Positions 38,904 to 48,086 of a stretch of DNA of 64,000 nt are shown in pieces (position 1 is the first letter of the stretch; the number at the start of each line of letters is the position of its first letter). This DNA is from an uncultured Bacteroidia bacterium. GTDB lineage: Bacteria > Bacteroidota > Bacteroidia > Bacteroidales > UBA932. A program made the translations under genes and the position numbers. The notes under the pieces were generated by a model. The model was given only the letters and a program-made list of their open reading frames with translations. It searched no databases and was not told the origin of the DNA. The stretch covers positions 23,220-87,219 of the forward strand of contig CACYWN010000003.1 in the NCBI GenBank assembly GCA_902778105.1, in the 5' to 3' direction.

Positions 38904-39011
38904 GGAGGCGGCCGCCTCAGGATCTCCCTCAAGCCCGGCATCCGGGTCGATGCGGACCTCGTCGTCTCCCGCGCCCGCGCCGACGCCTTCCTGGACTGGC
39001 TGCAGGGGTAG
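38904..39011 (+). pseudogene. 3' fragment of a LytTR response regulator paralogous to 45751..46548
   Basis: GGRLRISLKPGIRVDADLVVSRARADAFLDWLQG* versus GGRLRLTLKRGIDAETDLTVSRSRADAFLQWLEA*. Confidence 0.8.
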
Positions 39012-39016
39012 GCGCC

Positions 39017-39160
39017 GTCATTCCGGGTTTGGCCTCCGTCATTCCCGGTCCCGACCGGGAGTCCTCCCCATAATCTGTGTAAAACGGGCTGTTTTGCACA
39101 GATTTCCGTGATTTTGGACGGAAAATGTGTAAACAAGGCCATTCTACACATATTTTGTCC
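39017..39160. repeat. REP-like GTCATTCC hairpin plus 50-bp-register array, copy 2
   Basis: GTCATTCC at 39017 and 39038. TGTGT at 39073/39123 and CACA.ATTT at 39096/39146. Homologous to 37832-37985. Confidence 0.75.
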
Positions 39161-39177
39161 GTTTTGGACTTATTCGC

Positions 39178-39885
39178 TCACGAACCAGAGCAGGCTTTCA
39201 GGACCAGATCCTTGTACTTGCGGGAAATGGGAAGTTCAATGTCATTGACGTAGAGGAGGTTCCCATCGACCCGGGTGATCGCCTCCTTGTTGACAAGGTA
39301 GGACCGATGGATGCGGAGGAAATGGGGCTTCAGGATGGCTTCCCATTGGGAGATGGGAGTCTTGTTCCGGAAGAGGCGGCCGCCGGTCGCAATGACGGTG
39401 GTGATGTCGTCGTTGGATTCGACGTACAGGATTTCCTCCAGCGGGAGCGTCACCGGTTTCCGGTCCGATGTGAACGTGATGGGGGCCGGTCGGGAGGGGC
39501 GCGTCCGGTCCAACCAAGATTCGAAGAAATAGCCACCGGCCGCGAGCGCCGTCAGGATGATGGCGATGAAAACGGGATTGGTCAGGATGTGAGGAATGTC
39601 CGGCCATTCCATGACCCCGGCCGGTAGGTTCTCCCGGAAAGTGAGGACGATGAAGTGAGCGATCAGGAACAGAAGCATTTCCCCGACCAAGATTCCCAAC
39701 GTGACGAAGACCGTGTCCTTGACGCCCTTCACCTTCGGGAAAAAGTACTTGGCTGCCAATGCGCCGGGGAGGAACATCGACCCGATGAACAGTGATTCCA
39801 GGAAACTGTAACCGACGCTGGTGAGAACAACCGCCACCAGCAGGGTGGAAACCACCCAATAGGATATGGCCAGAAAACGATTCAT
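39178..39885 (-). CDS. Membrane-anchored LytTR-domain transcriptional regulator
   Basis: Four N-terminal TMs. C-terminal LytTR domain (ILYVES, FLRIHRSYLVN, LPISRKYK). No receiver domain. Confidence 0.88.
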   Translation of the reverse strand: MNRFLAISYWVVSTLLVAVVLTSVGYSFLESLFIGSMFLPGALAAKYFFPKVKGVKDTVFVTLGILVGEMLLFLIAHFIVLTFRENLPAGVMEWPDIPHILTNPVFIAIILTALAAGGYFFESWLDRTRPSRPAPITFTSDRKPVTLPLEEILYVESNDDITTVIATGGRLFRNKTPISQWEAILKPHFLRIHRSYLVNKEAITRVDGNLLYVNDIELPISRKYKDLVLKACSGS

Positions 39886-39946
39886 CGGACTGATGCAAAA
39901 GTAGCATAAAAAACGCATTTCCAGCGCAGTCCGGGTGCGAAAAGGG

Positions 39947-40025
39947 GGATTTGACATTTCATCGTGGGGTTTCGGTTTGGGAAAAGGGCGGCCAACCCTT
40001 ACCTTTGTCCCAAAATGTCAAATCC
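39947..40025 (+). promoter_or_regulatory. Bacteroidetes sigma-A-type promoter enclosed by 13-bp inverted repeats
   Basis: TTTG at 39976-39979, 20-bp spacer, TACCTTTG at 40000-40007. GGATTTGACATTT at 39947-39959 and AAATGTCAAATCC at 40013-40025. Confidence 0.6.
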
Positions 40026-40042
40026 ATAAATACTGTTATCCA

Positions 40043-40390
40043 ATGTTTAAAATGTTCATGCAAGGAGGTGCTGGATACATGACTATCCTCACCGTCCTCC
40101 TGGTCGCCATCTTTTTCGCCGCTTGGAAAGCTCCCCGCTGGATCAAGGAAATCGGATCCTTCGCCCTGGTGTTCGGATTCCTGACGTACCTCATCGGCCT
40201 GTACCAGATGTTCCAGGCCTTGCAGCAGGTTTCCATGGTCCAGGGAGACGGGGTCAAGGGCATTTTCGACCTGATTTCCCCCGGCGTTTTCTTCAGCGGG
40301 ATGAAAGTCGGCCTGATCCCTGTCTTCTACGGTGTCATCATCTATCTGCTTTCCCTCATCATCCGGATCGTCAAGAAGCCGCGACTGTAA
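40043..40390 (+). CDS. Small 3-TM protein, MotA/TolQ/ExbB-like short form
   Basis: GG..YM..LT, IG.FALVFG....IGL..MF, and G.KV.LIP..YG. Divergent from the LytTR regulator. Confidence 0.6.
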   Translation: MFKMFMQGGAGYMTILTVLLVAIFFAAWKAPRWIKEIGSFALVFGFLTYLIGLYQMFQALQQVSMVQGDGVKGIFDLISPGVFFSGMKVGLIPVFYGVIIYLLSLIIRIVKKPRL

Positions 40391-40487
40391 GTACGACGCT
40401 CACGTCTGAGGTGCCATTTTGGCACCACAAAAGCACTCCGGGCGGCGAAACACGATATCTGCAAGAAAATGCGTATCTTTGCAAGTT

Positions 40488-42275
40488 ATGAAGAACATCC
40501 GCAACTTTTGCATCATCGCGCATATCGACCACGGAAAGAGCACGCTGGCGGACCGGCTGCTGGAACTGACCCGTACCCTCAGCGACCGGGAGATGGAGAA
40601 CCAGGTGCTGGACGACATGGACCTGGAGCGGGAGAAGGGCATCACGATCAAGAGCCACGCGATCCAGATGGAGTACACCCGCGGCGGGGAGACCTACCGG
40701 CTGAACCTCATCGACACCCCCGGCCACGTGGACTTCAGCTATGAAGTGTCGCGCAGCATCGCTTCCTGCGAGGGGGCGCTCCTGGTGGTGGATGCCTCCC
40801 AGGGCATCCAGGCGCAGACGATTTCCAACCTGTACCAGGCCATCGACCACGGGCTGGAGATCATCCCCGTGCTGAACAAGATCGACATGGATTCGGCCCA
40901 GCCGGAGCTGGTGACGGACCAGGTGTGCGACCTGCTGGGCTGCGATCCGGAGGACGTGTACCGCGTCTCTGCCCGGACAGGCGAGGGTGTTCCGGCCGTG
41001 CTGGACGCCATCGTGGACAAGGTTCCGGCCCCGAAGGGCGATCCCGATGCGCCGCTGCAGGCCCTCATCTTCGACTCCGTGTTCAATTCCTTCCGCGGCA
41101 TCATCGCCTATTTCAAGGTCGTGAACGGCACGATCCGCAAGGGCGACAAGGTGAAGTTCTTCAATACCGGCAAGGAATACGAGGCCGAGGAAATCGGCAA
41201 CCTCAAACTCAAGCTCAACCCCACGGGCGAGGTGCGTACCGGCGATGTGGGCTACATCATCTCCGGCATCAAAGCCGCCGTGGAGGTGAAGGTGGGCGAT
41301 ACCATCACGCATGTGGAACGTCCCTGTGACCAGGCGATCGCCGGATTCGAGGAGGTAAAGCCGATGGTCTTCGCCGGCCTGTACCCGGTGGACGCCTCCA
41401 AGTTCGAGGAGCTCCGCGCCACACTGGAGAAGTTCCAGCTCAACGACGCCTCCTTCGTCTATGAGCCTGAAAGCTCCCTGGCCCTCGGGTTCGGTTTCCG
41501 CTGCGGATTCCTGGGGCTGCTGCACCTGGAAATCGTGCAGGAACGCCTGTTCCGGGAATTCAACATGGACGTGATCACCACCGTCCCGAACGTTTCGTAC
41601 AAGGTCTATACGACCAAGGGCGAGGTGGTCGATGTCCACAATCCCTCGGGCCTTCCGCCGCAGACCCTCATCGACCATATCGAGGAACCCTATATCCGCG
41701 CCCAGATCATCTCGAAATCAGACTTTTACGGTCCTATCATGAAGCTGTGCATGGACAAGCGGGGCACCCTCATCGGCCAGCACTACCTGACCACCGACCG
41801 GGTGGAGCTGAACTACGACCTGCCGCTGTCCGAGGTGGTCTTCGACTTCTACGACAAGCTCAAGTCCATCTCCAAGGGCTATGCCTCCTTCGACTATCAC
41901 GTGACGGACTTCCGGCCCGCCCGCCTGGTGAAGCTGGACATCCTCCTGAACGGGGACCCGGCCGACGCCCTTTCCACCCTCATCCACGAGGACCACGCCT
42001 ACGACTTCGGACGGAAGATCTGCTTGAAACTCAAGGAACTCATCCCGCGCCAGCAGTTCGACATCGCCGTCCAGGCGGCCATCGGGGCGAAGATCATCGC
42101 CCGCGAGACAGTACGCCAGGTGCGCAAGGACGTGACGGCCAAGTGCTACGGCGGTGACGTCACCCGCAAGCGCAAGCTCCTCGAGAAGCAGAAGGAAGGC
42201 AAGAAGCGGATGCGCCAGATCGGTACCGTCCAGGTGCCCCAGAGCGCGTTCATGGCCGTGTTGAAGCTCGACTGA
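40488..42275 (+). CDS. lepA: Elongation factor 4
   Basis: [28 protein letters not shown], and [22 protein letters not shown]. Confidence 0.98.
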   Translation: MKNIRNFCIIAHIDHGKSTLADRLLELTRTLSDREMENQVLDDMDLEREKGITIKSHAIQMEYTRGGETYRLNLIDTPGHVDFSYEVSRSIASCEGALLVVDASQGIQAQTISNLYQAIDHGLEIIPVLNKIDMDSAQPELVTDQVCDLLGCDPEDVYRVSARTGEGVPAVLDAIVDKVPAPKGDPDAPLQALIFDSVFNSFRGIIAYFKVVNGTIRKGDKVKFFNTGKEYEAEEIGNLKLKLNPTGEVRTGDVGYIISGIKAAVEVKVGDTITHVERPCDQAIAGFEEVKPMVFAGLYPVDASKFEELRATLEKFQLNDASFVYEPESSLALGFGFRCGFLGLLHLEIVQERLFREFNMDVITTVPNVSYKVYTTKGEVVDVHNPSGLPPQTLIDHIEEPYIRAQIISKSDFYGPIMKLCMDKRGTLIGQHYLTTDRVELNYDLPLSEVVFDFYDKLKSISKGYASFDYHVTDFRPARLVKLDILLNGDPADALSTLIHEDHAYDFGRKICLKLKELIPRQQFDIAVQAAIGAKIIARETVRQVRKDVTAKCYGGDVTRKRKLLEKQKEGKKRMRQIGTVQVPQSAFMAVLKLD

Positions 42276-42937
42276 TGAAAACCGTCGCCCTTCTCATCTA
42301 TGCCGAGGCCACCGAGGCCGTCGTCGCCGAATGCCGGCGGCAGATCGACCTCATCCCGGCCGACGAATACACGTTCGAGGTGTTTGTCCATCCCGACCTG
42401 GACGAAGCATGGCGCGCCGCCGGGGAACGGGATTTCTACATCTGGCTTCACGGAATGGTTATGCCGGTGGACGGTGCCCTGTACAGCCTGCTGGACAATT
42501 CGTCCTTCCTGGGCGACCGGGCCCTCCTGGTCGGGACGGTCCAGGACGGGGAAGGGCGCATCGTCAGCGGCGGCTTCAGCCGGAACCGGCGCCTGATGCA
42601 GCCGGACCCGGTGATCCCCGTCGCCTGTCGGGTGTTCGACGGCCTGTTCGCCCTCGTGCCGCAGGTCGTGTACCGGCGCCTCGGCGTGCTCGGCGGCCGC
42701 TACCGCGGCCAGCTTGCCGGCTTCGACTACTGCATGCGGGCCCGCAAGGCCGGCTATCCCAGCGTCATTGCGCCGGGCATCACCTGCACCTGCCCGGTGC
42801 GTCCGGACCCGGACCGCACCCTGGCGGCGGACTTCCTGCTGGACCTCCGCTCCAAAGGCCTCTTCATGGCCATCTGGTATTTCCTGCGTTCCGCCTTCCG
42901 GCGCTTTGTAATCCATAACCTGTATGTCTATGAATAA
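42275..42937 (+). CDS. Hypothetical protein, degenerate GT2-like
   Basis: Weak GT2-like segments (DFYIWL, FALVP..VY..LG, DYCMRARKAG). Translationally coupled to lepA and menA. Confidence 0.5.
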   Translation: MKTVALLIYAEATEAVVAECRRQIDLIPADEYTFEVFVHPDLDEAWRAAGERDFYIWLHGMVMPVDGALYSLLDNSSFLGDRALLVGTVQDGEGRIVSGGFSRNRRLMQPDPVIPVACRVFDGLFALVPQVVYRRLGVLGGRYRGQLAGFDYCMRARKAGYPSVIAPGITCTCPVRPDPDRTLAADFLLDLRSKGLFMAIWYFLRSAFRRFVIHNLYVYE

Positions 42938-43835
42938 GTTCCGTGCTGTCGTTTCCTCCATGCGGCTTCGCACCCTGCCCCTCTCCACAGGCGGTGTCCT
43001 GCTGGGAATCCTGCTTGCCACGGCTGATTTCAAAGTCGATCTCGGGGTATCCGTACTCGTCGTGCTGACGACCGTCTGCCTGCAGATCCTGTCGAACCTG
43101 TCCAACGAACTCGGGGACGTGCTGCACGGTACGGATACTGCCGACCGGAAAGGTCCGCAGTACGGCCTGAACGGCGGTGTGCTGACCATCGGGGAAATGA
43201 AAGTGCTCATCGGGGTGTTCGTAGGGCTGTGCATCCTTTCCGGCACTGCGATGACCCTCCTGTCCTTCGGCACGCTGTGGGACATGACGGCCATCCTCGT
43301 GCTCCTCCTCGGCGCCGGTGCCATCATGGGCGCGATGAAATACACCCTGGGCCGCAATCCTTACGGTTACCGGGGGCTGGGCGATGTGTATGTGTTCCTG
43401 TTCTTCGGCCTCGTGGCCGTGCTGGGCGCTTACTTCGTGGTGAGCCATACCCTCTTCTGGCGGTTGCTGCTGCCCGGTGCCGCCATCGGTTGTTTCTCCG
43501 TGGGTGTGCTGAATGTCAATAATATACGGGACATGGAAACGGACGCGGCGAACCGCGTCACCGTGGCTATCCGCCTGGGCGAGCGGAGGGCGAAGGCCTA
43601 TCAGACCGTCCTGATTGTCCTGGGTTGGATCCTTATGCTGGTTTACTGCCAGTTACGGATGTTCTCCTGGTGGCACTACCTCTTCGTGGCCACGCTTCCG
43701 CTTTATGTCCTCCACCTGTGCGGCGTGTGGAAACGCACCGGAAAGGCCCTTGATCCGATGCTTCCGCTGCTGGTAATCAGCACCTTCCTGTTCTGCCTTC
43801 TCGCCGGTATCGGTTTCTGCGTCCATCTGTTCTGA
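42924..43835 (+). CDS. menA: 1,4-dihydroxy-2-naphthoate octaprenyltransferase
   Basis: Motifs RLRTLPL, QILSNL.NE.GD..HGTD, PYGYRGLGD and NVNNIRD. Confidence 0.93.
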   Translation: MSMNKFRAVVSSMRLRTLPLSTGGVLLGILLATADFKVDLGVSVLVVLTTVCLQILSNLSNELGDVLHGTDTADRKGPQYGLNGGVLTIGEMKVLIGVFVGLCILSGTAMTLLSFGTLWDMTAILVLLLGAGAIMGAMKYTLGRNPYGYRGLGDVYVFLFFGLVAVLGAYFVVSHTLFWRLLLPGAAIGCFSVGVLNVNNIRDMETDAANRVTVAIRLGERRAKAYQTVLIVLGWILMLVYCQLRMFSWWHYLFVATLPLYVLHLCGVWKRTGKALDPMLPLLVISTFLFCLLAGIGFCVHLF

Positions 43836-43931
43836 TAAGGCAATAAGGACTATCCGTACCAAACCGGGAGGGAATGTCGGCAAAAATCATTATCTTTGTA
43901 CGATTCGCGAGAAAACTACGTTACCAACCAT

Positions 43932-44780
43932 ATGCACGACAACAAAACACTCCAAGAAGTCTCGACGCAGGTGCGGCGGGACATCCTGAGGATGGTGGGC
44001 ATGGCGAAGTCCGGTCATCCGGGCGGGTCGATGTCCTCCGCAGACATCCTCACCACCCTGTATTTCAACGTGATGAAGCAGGATCCGGCCACGTGGACCC
44101 GCGACGGAAAGGGACAGGACATGTTCATCCTTTCCGCCGGCCACATGACGCCTGTATATTATTCCGTCCTCGCCCGTGCCGGTTATTTCCCGGTGTCCGA
44201 GCTGGCGACGTTCCGTTCCTATGGCGCCCGCCTGCAGGGACACCCGTCCATCCGGCGGCAGCTTCCGGGGATCTTCCAGGCCTCCGGTTCCCTGGGCCAG
44301 GGCCTGTCCGCCGCCTGCGGCCTCGCGCTCGGCAAGAAGCTGGACAAGGAAGACAATTTCGTTTTCTGCCTGTGCGGTGACGGCGAATCAGAGGAAGGCC
44401 AGATCTGGGAAGCCGGCATGTTCGCCGTGTTCCACAAGCTGGACAACCTCATCGCCATGACCGACTGGAACGGCAAGCAGATCGACGGTCCCGTCGAGGA
44501 AGTGGCCGGTGAAGGCGATCTCGCCGCGAAGTGGGAAGCCTGGGGCTGGAACACCATTGTCGCCGACGGTCACGATTTCGATTCCATCGCCAAGGCCTTC
44601 GAACTCGCCAAGGCGGCCAAGGGCAGCGGCAAGCCCACGATGATCCTCTTCAAGACCGAGATGGGTCACGGCGTGGACTTCATGGCCGGTACCCACAAGT
44701 GGCACGGCTCCGTCCCGAAGCCCGAGCAGCTCGAGGACGCCCTCCGGCAGTTGGGTGAAACCTCTTTGGGTGATTTTTAA
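43932..44780 (+). CDS. Transketolase, N-terminal subunit
   Basis: Motifs SGHPGGS, LQGHP, GSLGQG and GDGES.EGQIWEA (TPP motif). Confidence 0.95.
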   Translation: MHDNKTLQEVSTQVRRDILRMVGMAKSGHPGGSMSSADILTTLYFNVMKQDPATWTRDGKGQDMFILSAGHMTPVYYSVLARAGYFPVSELATFRSYGARLQGHPSIRRQLPGIFQASGSLGQGLSAACGLALGKKLDKEDNFVFCLCGDGESEEGQIWEAGMFAVFHKLDNLIAMTDWNGKQIDGPVEEVAGEGDLAAKWEAWGWNTIVADGHDFDSIAKAFELAKAAKGSGKPTMILFKTEMGHGVDFMAGTHKWHGSVPKPEQLEDALRQLGETSLGDF

Positions 44781-44792
44781 ACCATTGACATC

Positions 44793-45746
44793 ATGAAAAA
44801 GTACATCGATACAGGCAAGAAAGACACCCGCAGCGGATTCGGCGTGGGTCTTCTCGAAGCGGGCCGTGCGGACAGCCGCGTCGTCGCCCTCACCGCCGAC
44901 CTCAAGGGGTCCCTCAAGATGGATGCCTTTGCGGCGGAGTTCCCCGAGCGTTTCATCCAGTGCGGCATCGCCGAGGCCAACATGGTCGGCGCCGCCGCCG
45001 GTCTCGCCATCACCGGCAAGGTCCCCTTCATCGGCTCCTTCGCCGAGTTCGTGACCGGCCGTGTCTACGACCAGGTCCGCCAGGAGGTCGCCTATGGCAA
45101 GACCAACGTGAAAATCGCCTCCTCCCATGCGGGCATCACCCTCGGTGAGGACGGTGCCACCCACCAGACGATGGAGGACCTCGCCCTGATGCGCGCCCTT
45201 CCGGACATGGTGGTGATCAACCCCTGCGACTTCAACCAGACCAAGAACGCCACCATCGCCGCCGCGAAATATGTCGGCCCGGTGTATCTGCGTTTCGGCC
45301 GTCCTTCCGTCCCGAATTTCACCCCCGAGAACGAGGAGTTCGTCATCGGAAAGGCCCAGATCCTGAATGAAGGCAAGGATGTGACCATCGTCGCCTGCGG
45401 CCACCTCGTATGGGAAGCCCTCCAGGCTGCGGAACTGCTTGAGGCCGAGGGCATTTGCGCTGAGGTTATCAACATGGCCACCATCAAGCCGCTGGATGAG
45501 GAAGCCCTTCTCGCCTCCGTCATCAAGACGAAAGCCGTGGTCGTGGCCGAGGAGCACAACATGGCCGGCGGCCTCGGTGAGGCCGTTGCCGGCGTGCTCG
45601 CCCGCACCGTCCCCACTCCTGTCGAGTTCGTCAACGGACAGGACCGGTTCGGACAGAGCGGTACGCCCGCCGTCCTGATGGATGCCTACGGCCTGGATGC
45701 GAAGCACATCGCGGAGGCAGCCAAGAAGGTAATGGAAAAGAAATAA
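44793..45746 (+). CDS. Transketolase, C-terminal subunit
   Basis: Motifs GIAEANM, GEDGATHQ, GPVYLR, IKPLD and EEH. Confidence 0.95.
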   Translation: MKKYIDTGKKDTRSGFGVGLLEAGRADSRVVALTADLKGSLKMDAFAAEFPERFIQCGIAEANMVGAAAGLAITGKVPFIGSFAEFVTGRVYDQVRQEVAYGKTNVKIASSHAGITLGEDGATHQTMEDLALMRALPDMVVINPCDFNQTKNATIAAAKYVGPVYLRFGRPSVPNFTPENEEFVIGKAQILNEGKDVTIVACGHLVWEALQAAELLEAEGICAEVINMATIKPLDEEALLASVIKTKAVVVAEEHNMAGGLGEAVAGVLARTVPTPVEFVNGQDRFGQSGTPAVLMDAYGLDAKHIAEAAKKVMEKK

Positions 45747-45750
45747 GCCG

Positions 45751-46548
45751 TCAGGCTTCGAGCCACTGAAGGAAAGCGTCGGCGCGGGAACGGGACACAG
45801 TCAGGTCCGTTTCCGCGTCGATGCCGCGTTTCAGGGTCAGGCGAAGACGCCCGCCCAGCAGCCGGGAAGCGCTTTCTATGACGTCTTCGGAGACGATGGC
45901 CCCCCGGGAAATGCGGAAGAACGCCTCGGGCGGCAGGGATCCTTCGATGGTGTCCAGGGAGTCATCCAGCACGTAGGTGACATTTCCCTTGGTGACGATG
46001 TAGGAGTTCTTGGATTCGGAGAAGAAATAGGCGATGTCGCGGACATGGACCGGGACGATCCGGTCGTTGAGGCGGATCAGGAACTTTTCCCGGAACTGTC
46101 CCCGCGGGGCTTCTGCCTCAGAAGGAAGATCCTCCGCCTTCTGCAGGTTCCGGAATGCCTCCAGCACCTTCTCATAGTCGATGCCCGTGGGAGCGTCCCT
46201 CCGTTCCCGGACCCGCGCGATGGCCCGGGCCAGGTCCTCCCGGTCGATCGGTTTCAGGAGATAGTCCACCGAACCCACCTCGAAGGCCTTGACGGCGTAG
46301 TTGTCGTAGGCCGTGGTCATCACGACCTGCGCGTCCACGGGGCCGGCCGCGAAGATGTCGAAGCAGTTGCCGTCCTGGAGCTCGACGTCCATGAAGATGA
46401 CGTCGGCCTTGTTGCGGGAGAGCCAGCCCAGGGTTTCCTTTACGGAAGCGGTGAGGCCGATGATCTCAATCTCCGGAAATCCATCCCGGAGCAGATGTTC
46501 GAGAACGCGCTGGGCGCGGGGCTCGTCTTCTACGATAAGGGCTTTCAT
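45751..46548 (-). CDS. LytTR-family response regulator
   Basis: Receiver domain (IVEDE, FMDV, TTAYD, DYLLKP) plus LytTR domain. Confidence 0.93.
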   Translation of the reverse strand: MKALIVEDEPRAQRVLEHLLRDGFPEIEIIGLTASVKETLGWLSRNKADVIFMDVELQDGNCFDIFAAGPVDAQVVMTTAYDNYAVKAFEVGSVDYLLKPIDREDLARAIARVRERRDAPTGIDYEKVLEAFRNLQKAEDLPSEAEAPRGQFREKFLIRLNDRIVPVHVRDIAYFFSESKNSYIVTKGNVTYVLDDSLDTIEGSLPPEAFFRISRGAIVSEDVIESASRLLGGRLRLTLKRGIDAETDLTVSRSRADAFLQWLEA

Positions 46549-46552
46549 GGCG

Positions 46553-47917
46553 TTACAGGAGAGGAATGCGGACCCGGAAGGTATCATCGTTCTCCTCCAC
46601 GAGGATATCCTTTCCGGAGATGTCCAGGTACTGTTTTCGGATATAAGGGAGCCCGAGGCCGGTGGATACCGGCGGGGAGGTACGGGGAATGCGGTTGTTC
46701 TCCAGGGTGAGGAACGCTCCGTCGGTCCTCACCCGGATGACCACGGGCGCGGCGGCGGAGATGGCGTTGTGCTTGGTGACGTTCTCTACGAGGAGCTGCA
46801 GGGAGCAGGGGACGACCATCCGGGAGAGGTCTTCCGGGCGGATGTCCTTGTCCACGGAGAGCCCTTCCGGAAACCGGATCCGGAGGAGGTCGAAGTACAT
46901 GGTGACGAACGTGTCCTCTTCGCCCAGCCGGACCAGCTTTTCCCCGTCGTGCTGCAGCATGTAGCGGTAGATGCCGGCCAGTTTGTGGATATACCGGCTG
47001 GCCTCCTCCTGCTCGCCGTCCTGGACGATGGAATCCAGGATGTTCAGCGAGTTGAACAGGAAGTGGGGGTTCACCTGGTTCTTGAGGGCCAGGTAACGGT
47101 ATTCCGCCAGGTGGCGGCGTTCCCGCTGGGTGCCCAGTTCGCGCCGGATGTTCACGGCGTATTCGACCATGTAGGTGAAGCCGAACAGGGTCATTTCCAC
47201 GAGCAGGGCGATGACGATGTTGCGGGAAAGGAGCGCAGGGTCCAGTGCCGGCGTCCAGTGGAAGGGGAGTCCGACGGTGTGCAGCAGGGCGCCGAGGACA
47301 GAGATGAGGCCGATGAAAAGGGTGGTCCCGATGGTGGCGACGTCCAGGCTGTAGTGTCTGTTATGTCCGCTACGGATAAAGAGGAGGGTGCCGATGAGCA
47401 TCAGCAGCAGGACCAGGGAATTGCTCAGGAAGGACCGGAAGGCCGCAACGACATCCACCCCCTGGAAAGGCCCTTTCCGGAAAAGGAAGAGCTCGATGAA
47501 CACCCGGAGGGCGAAGACCGCGACGACGGCGAAGATGAGCCAGCCCAGGTTCTCTTTCCAGGGGCGGCGGTTCCGGGAAGGGAGATGATAGGTGCGGGCG
47601 AACAGGTTGAGCGCCCAGCCCAGGGCCTCGGTCGTGAGGAAGGTCGCGAGCGAGCGGTTGAGGATGACGGAAGGGAAATTGAAGAGTTCGGCCCCCAGCC
47701 GTCCCAGCACATAGCCCAGGATGTTCACCAGAACGACGAAGACAGCGGTGAATTCCACCGTGAGGCCCCGCCGCTGGCAGATCAGGACCGTGAGGACCAT
47801 CGTGAGAAGGGTGAGGATGACCGAATCCGGCCATCCGAGAAGGGCGCAGACGACGACGGTCGCCACGTGCAGCGCGGCGAAACCATGGATGAGCCAGCCG
47901 GTACCGATCCGTTTCAT
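46553..47917 (-). CDS. LytS/YehU-type membrane histidine kinase
   Basis: Many TMs. Motifs LKNQVNPHFLFNSLN, LQLLVEN..KHN and STGLGL. Confidence 0.92.
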   Translation of the reverse strand: MKRIGTGWLIHGFAALHVATVVVCALLGWPDSVILTLLTMVLTVLICQRRGLTVEFTAVFVVLVNILGYVLGRLGAELFNFPSVILNRSLATFLTTEALGWALNLFARTYHLPSRNRRPWKENLGWLIFAVVAVFALRVFIELFLFRKGPFQGVDVVAAFRSFLSNSLVLLLMLIGTLLFIRSGHNRHYSLDVATIGTTLFIGLISVLGALLHTVGLPFHWTPALDPALLSRNIVIALLVEMTLFGFTYMVEYAVNIRRELGTQRERRHLAEYRYLALKNQVNPHFLFNSLNILDSIVQDGEQEEASRYIHKLAGIYRYMLQHDGEKLVRLGEEDTFVTMYFDLLRIRFPEGLSVDKDIRPEDLSRMVVPCSLQLLVENVTKHNAISAAAPVVIRVRTDGAFLTLENNRIPRTSPPVSTGLGLPYIRKQYLDISGKDILVEENDDTFRVRIPLL

Positions 47918-47962
47918 ATCCACGGCTAAATTAACAAAAACCGCCGGATTAAGCAAAACCGG

Positions 47963-47998
47963 CGCACCGTTCGTCCCGAAATCCGCACCGCCCGTCCG
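47963..47998 (+). promoter_or_regulatory. Candidate LytTR-binding direct repeat upstream of the PUL operon
   Basis: CGCACCGTTCGTCC and CGCACCGCCCGTCC about 21 bp apart. TATTTTTG promoter-like box at 48051-48058. Confidence 0.5.
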
Positions 47999-48086
47999 CC
48001 AAAACGGGGGCCTTGGGCGATTCCCGTAGGGAATTGAAGGAGAAAGATTTTATTTTTGTGTTGCGAAAAACCGCAGATTAGTAACC

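Noticed and set aside
38575-39440. LytTR duplicate as a DGR template/variable repeat pair
   Set aside because: Differences are not adenine-specific and include indels. No reverse transcriptase is in the window.
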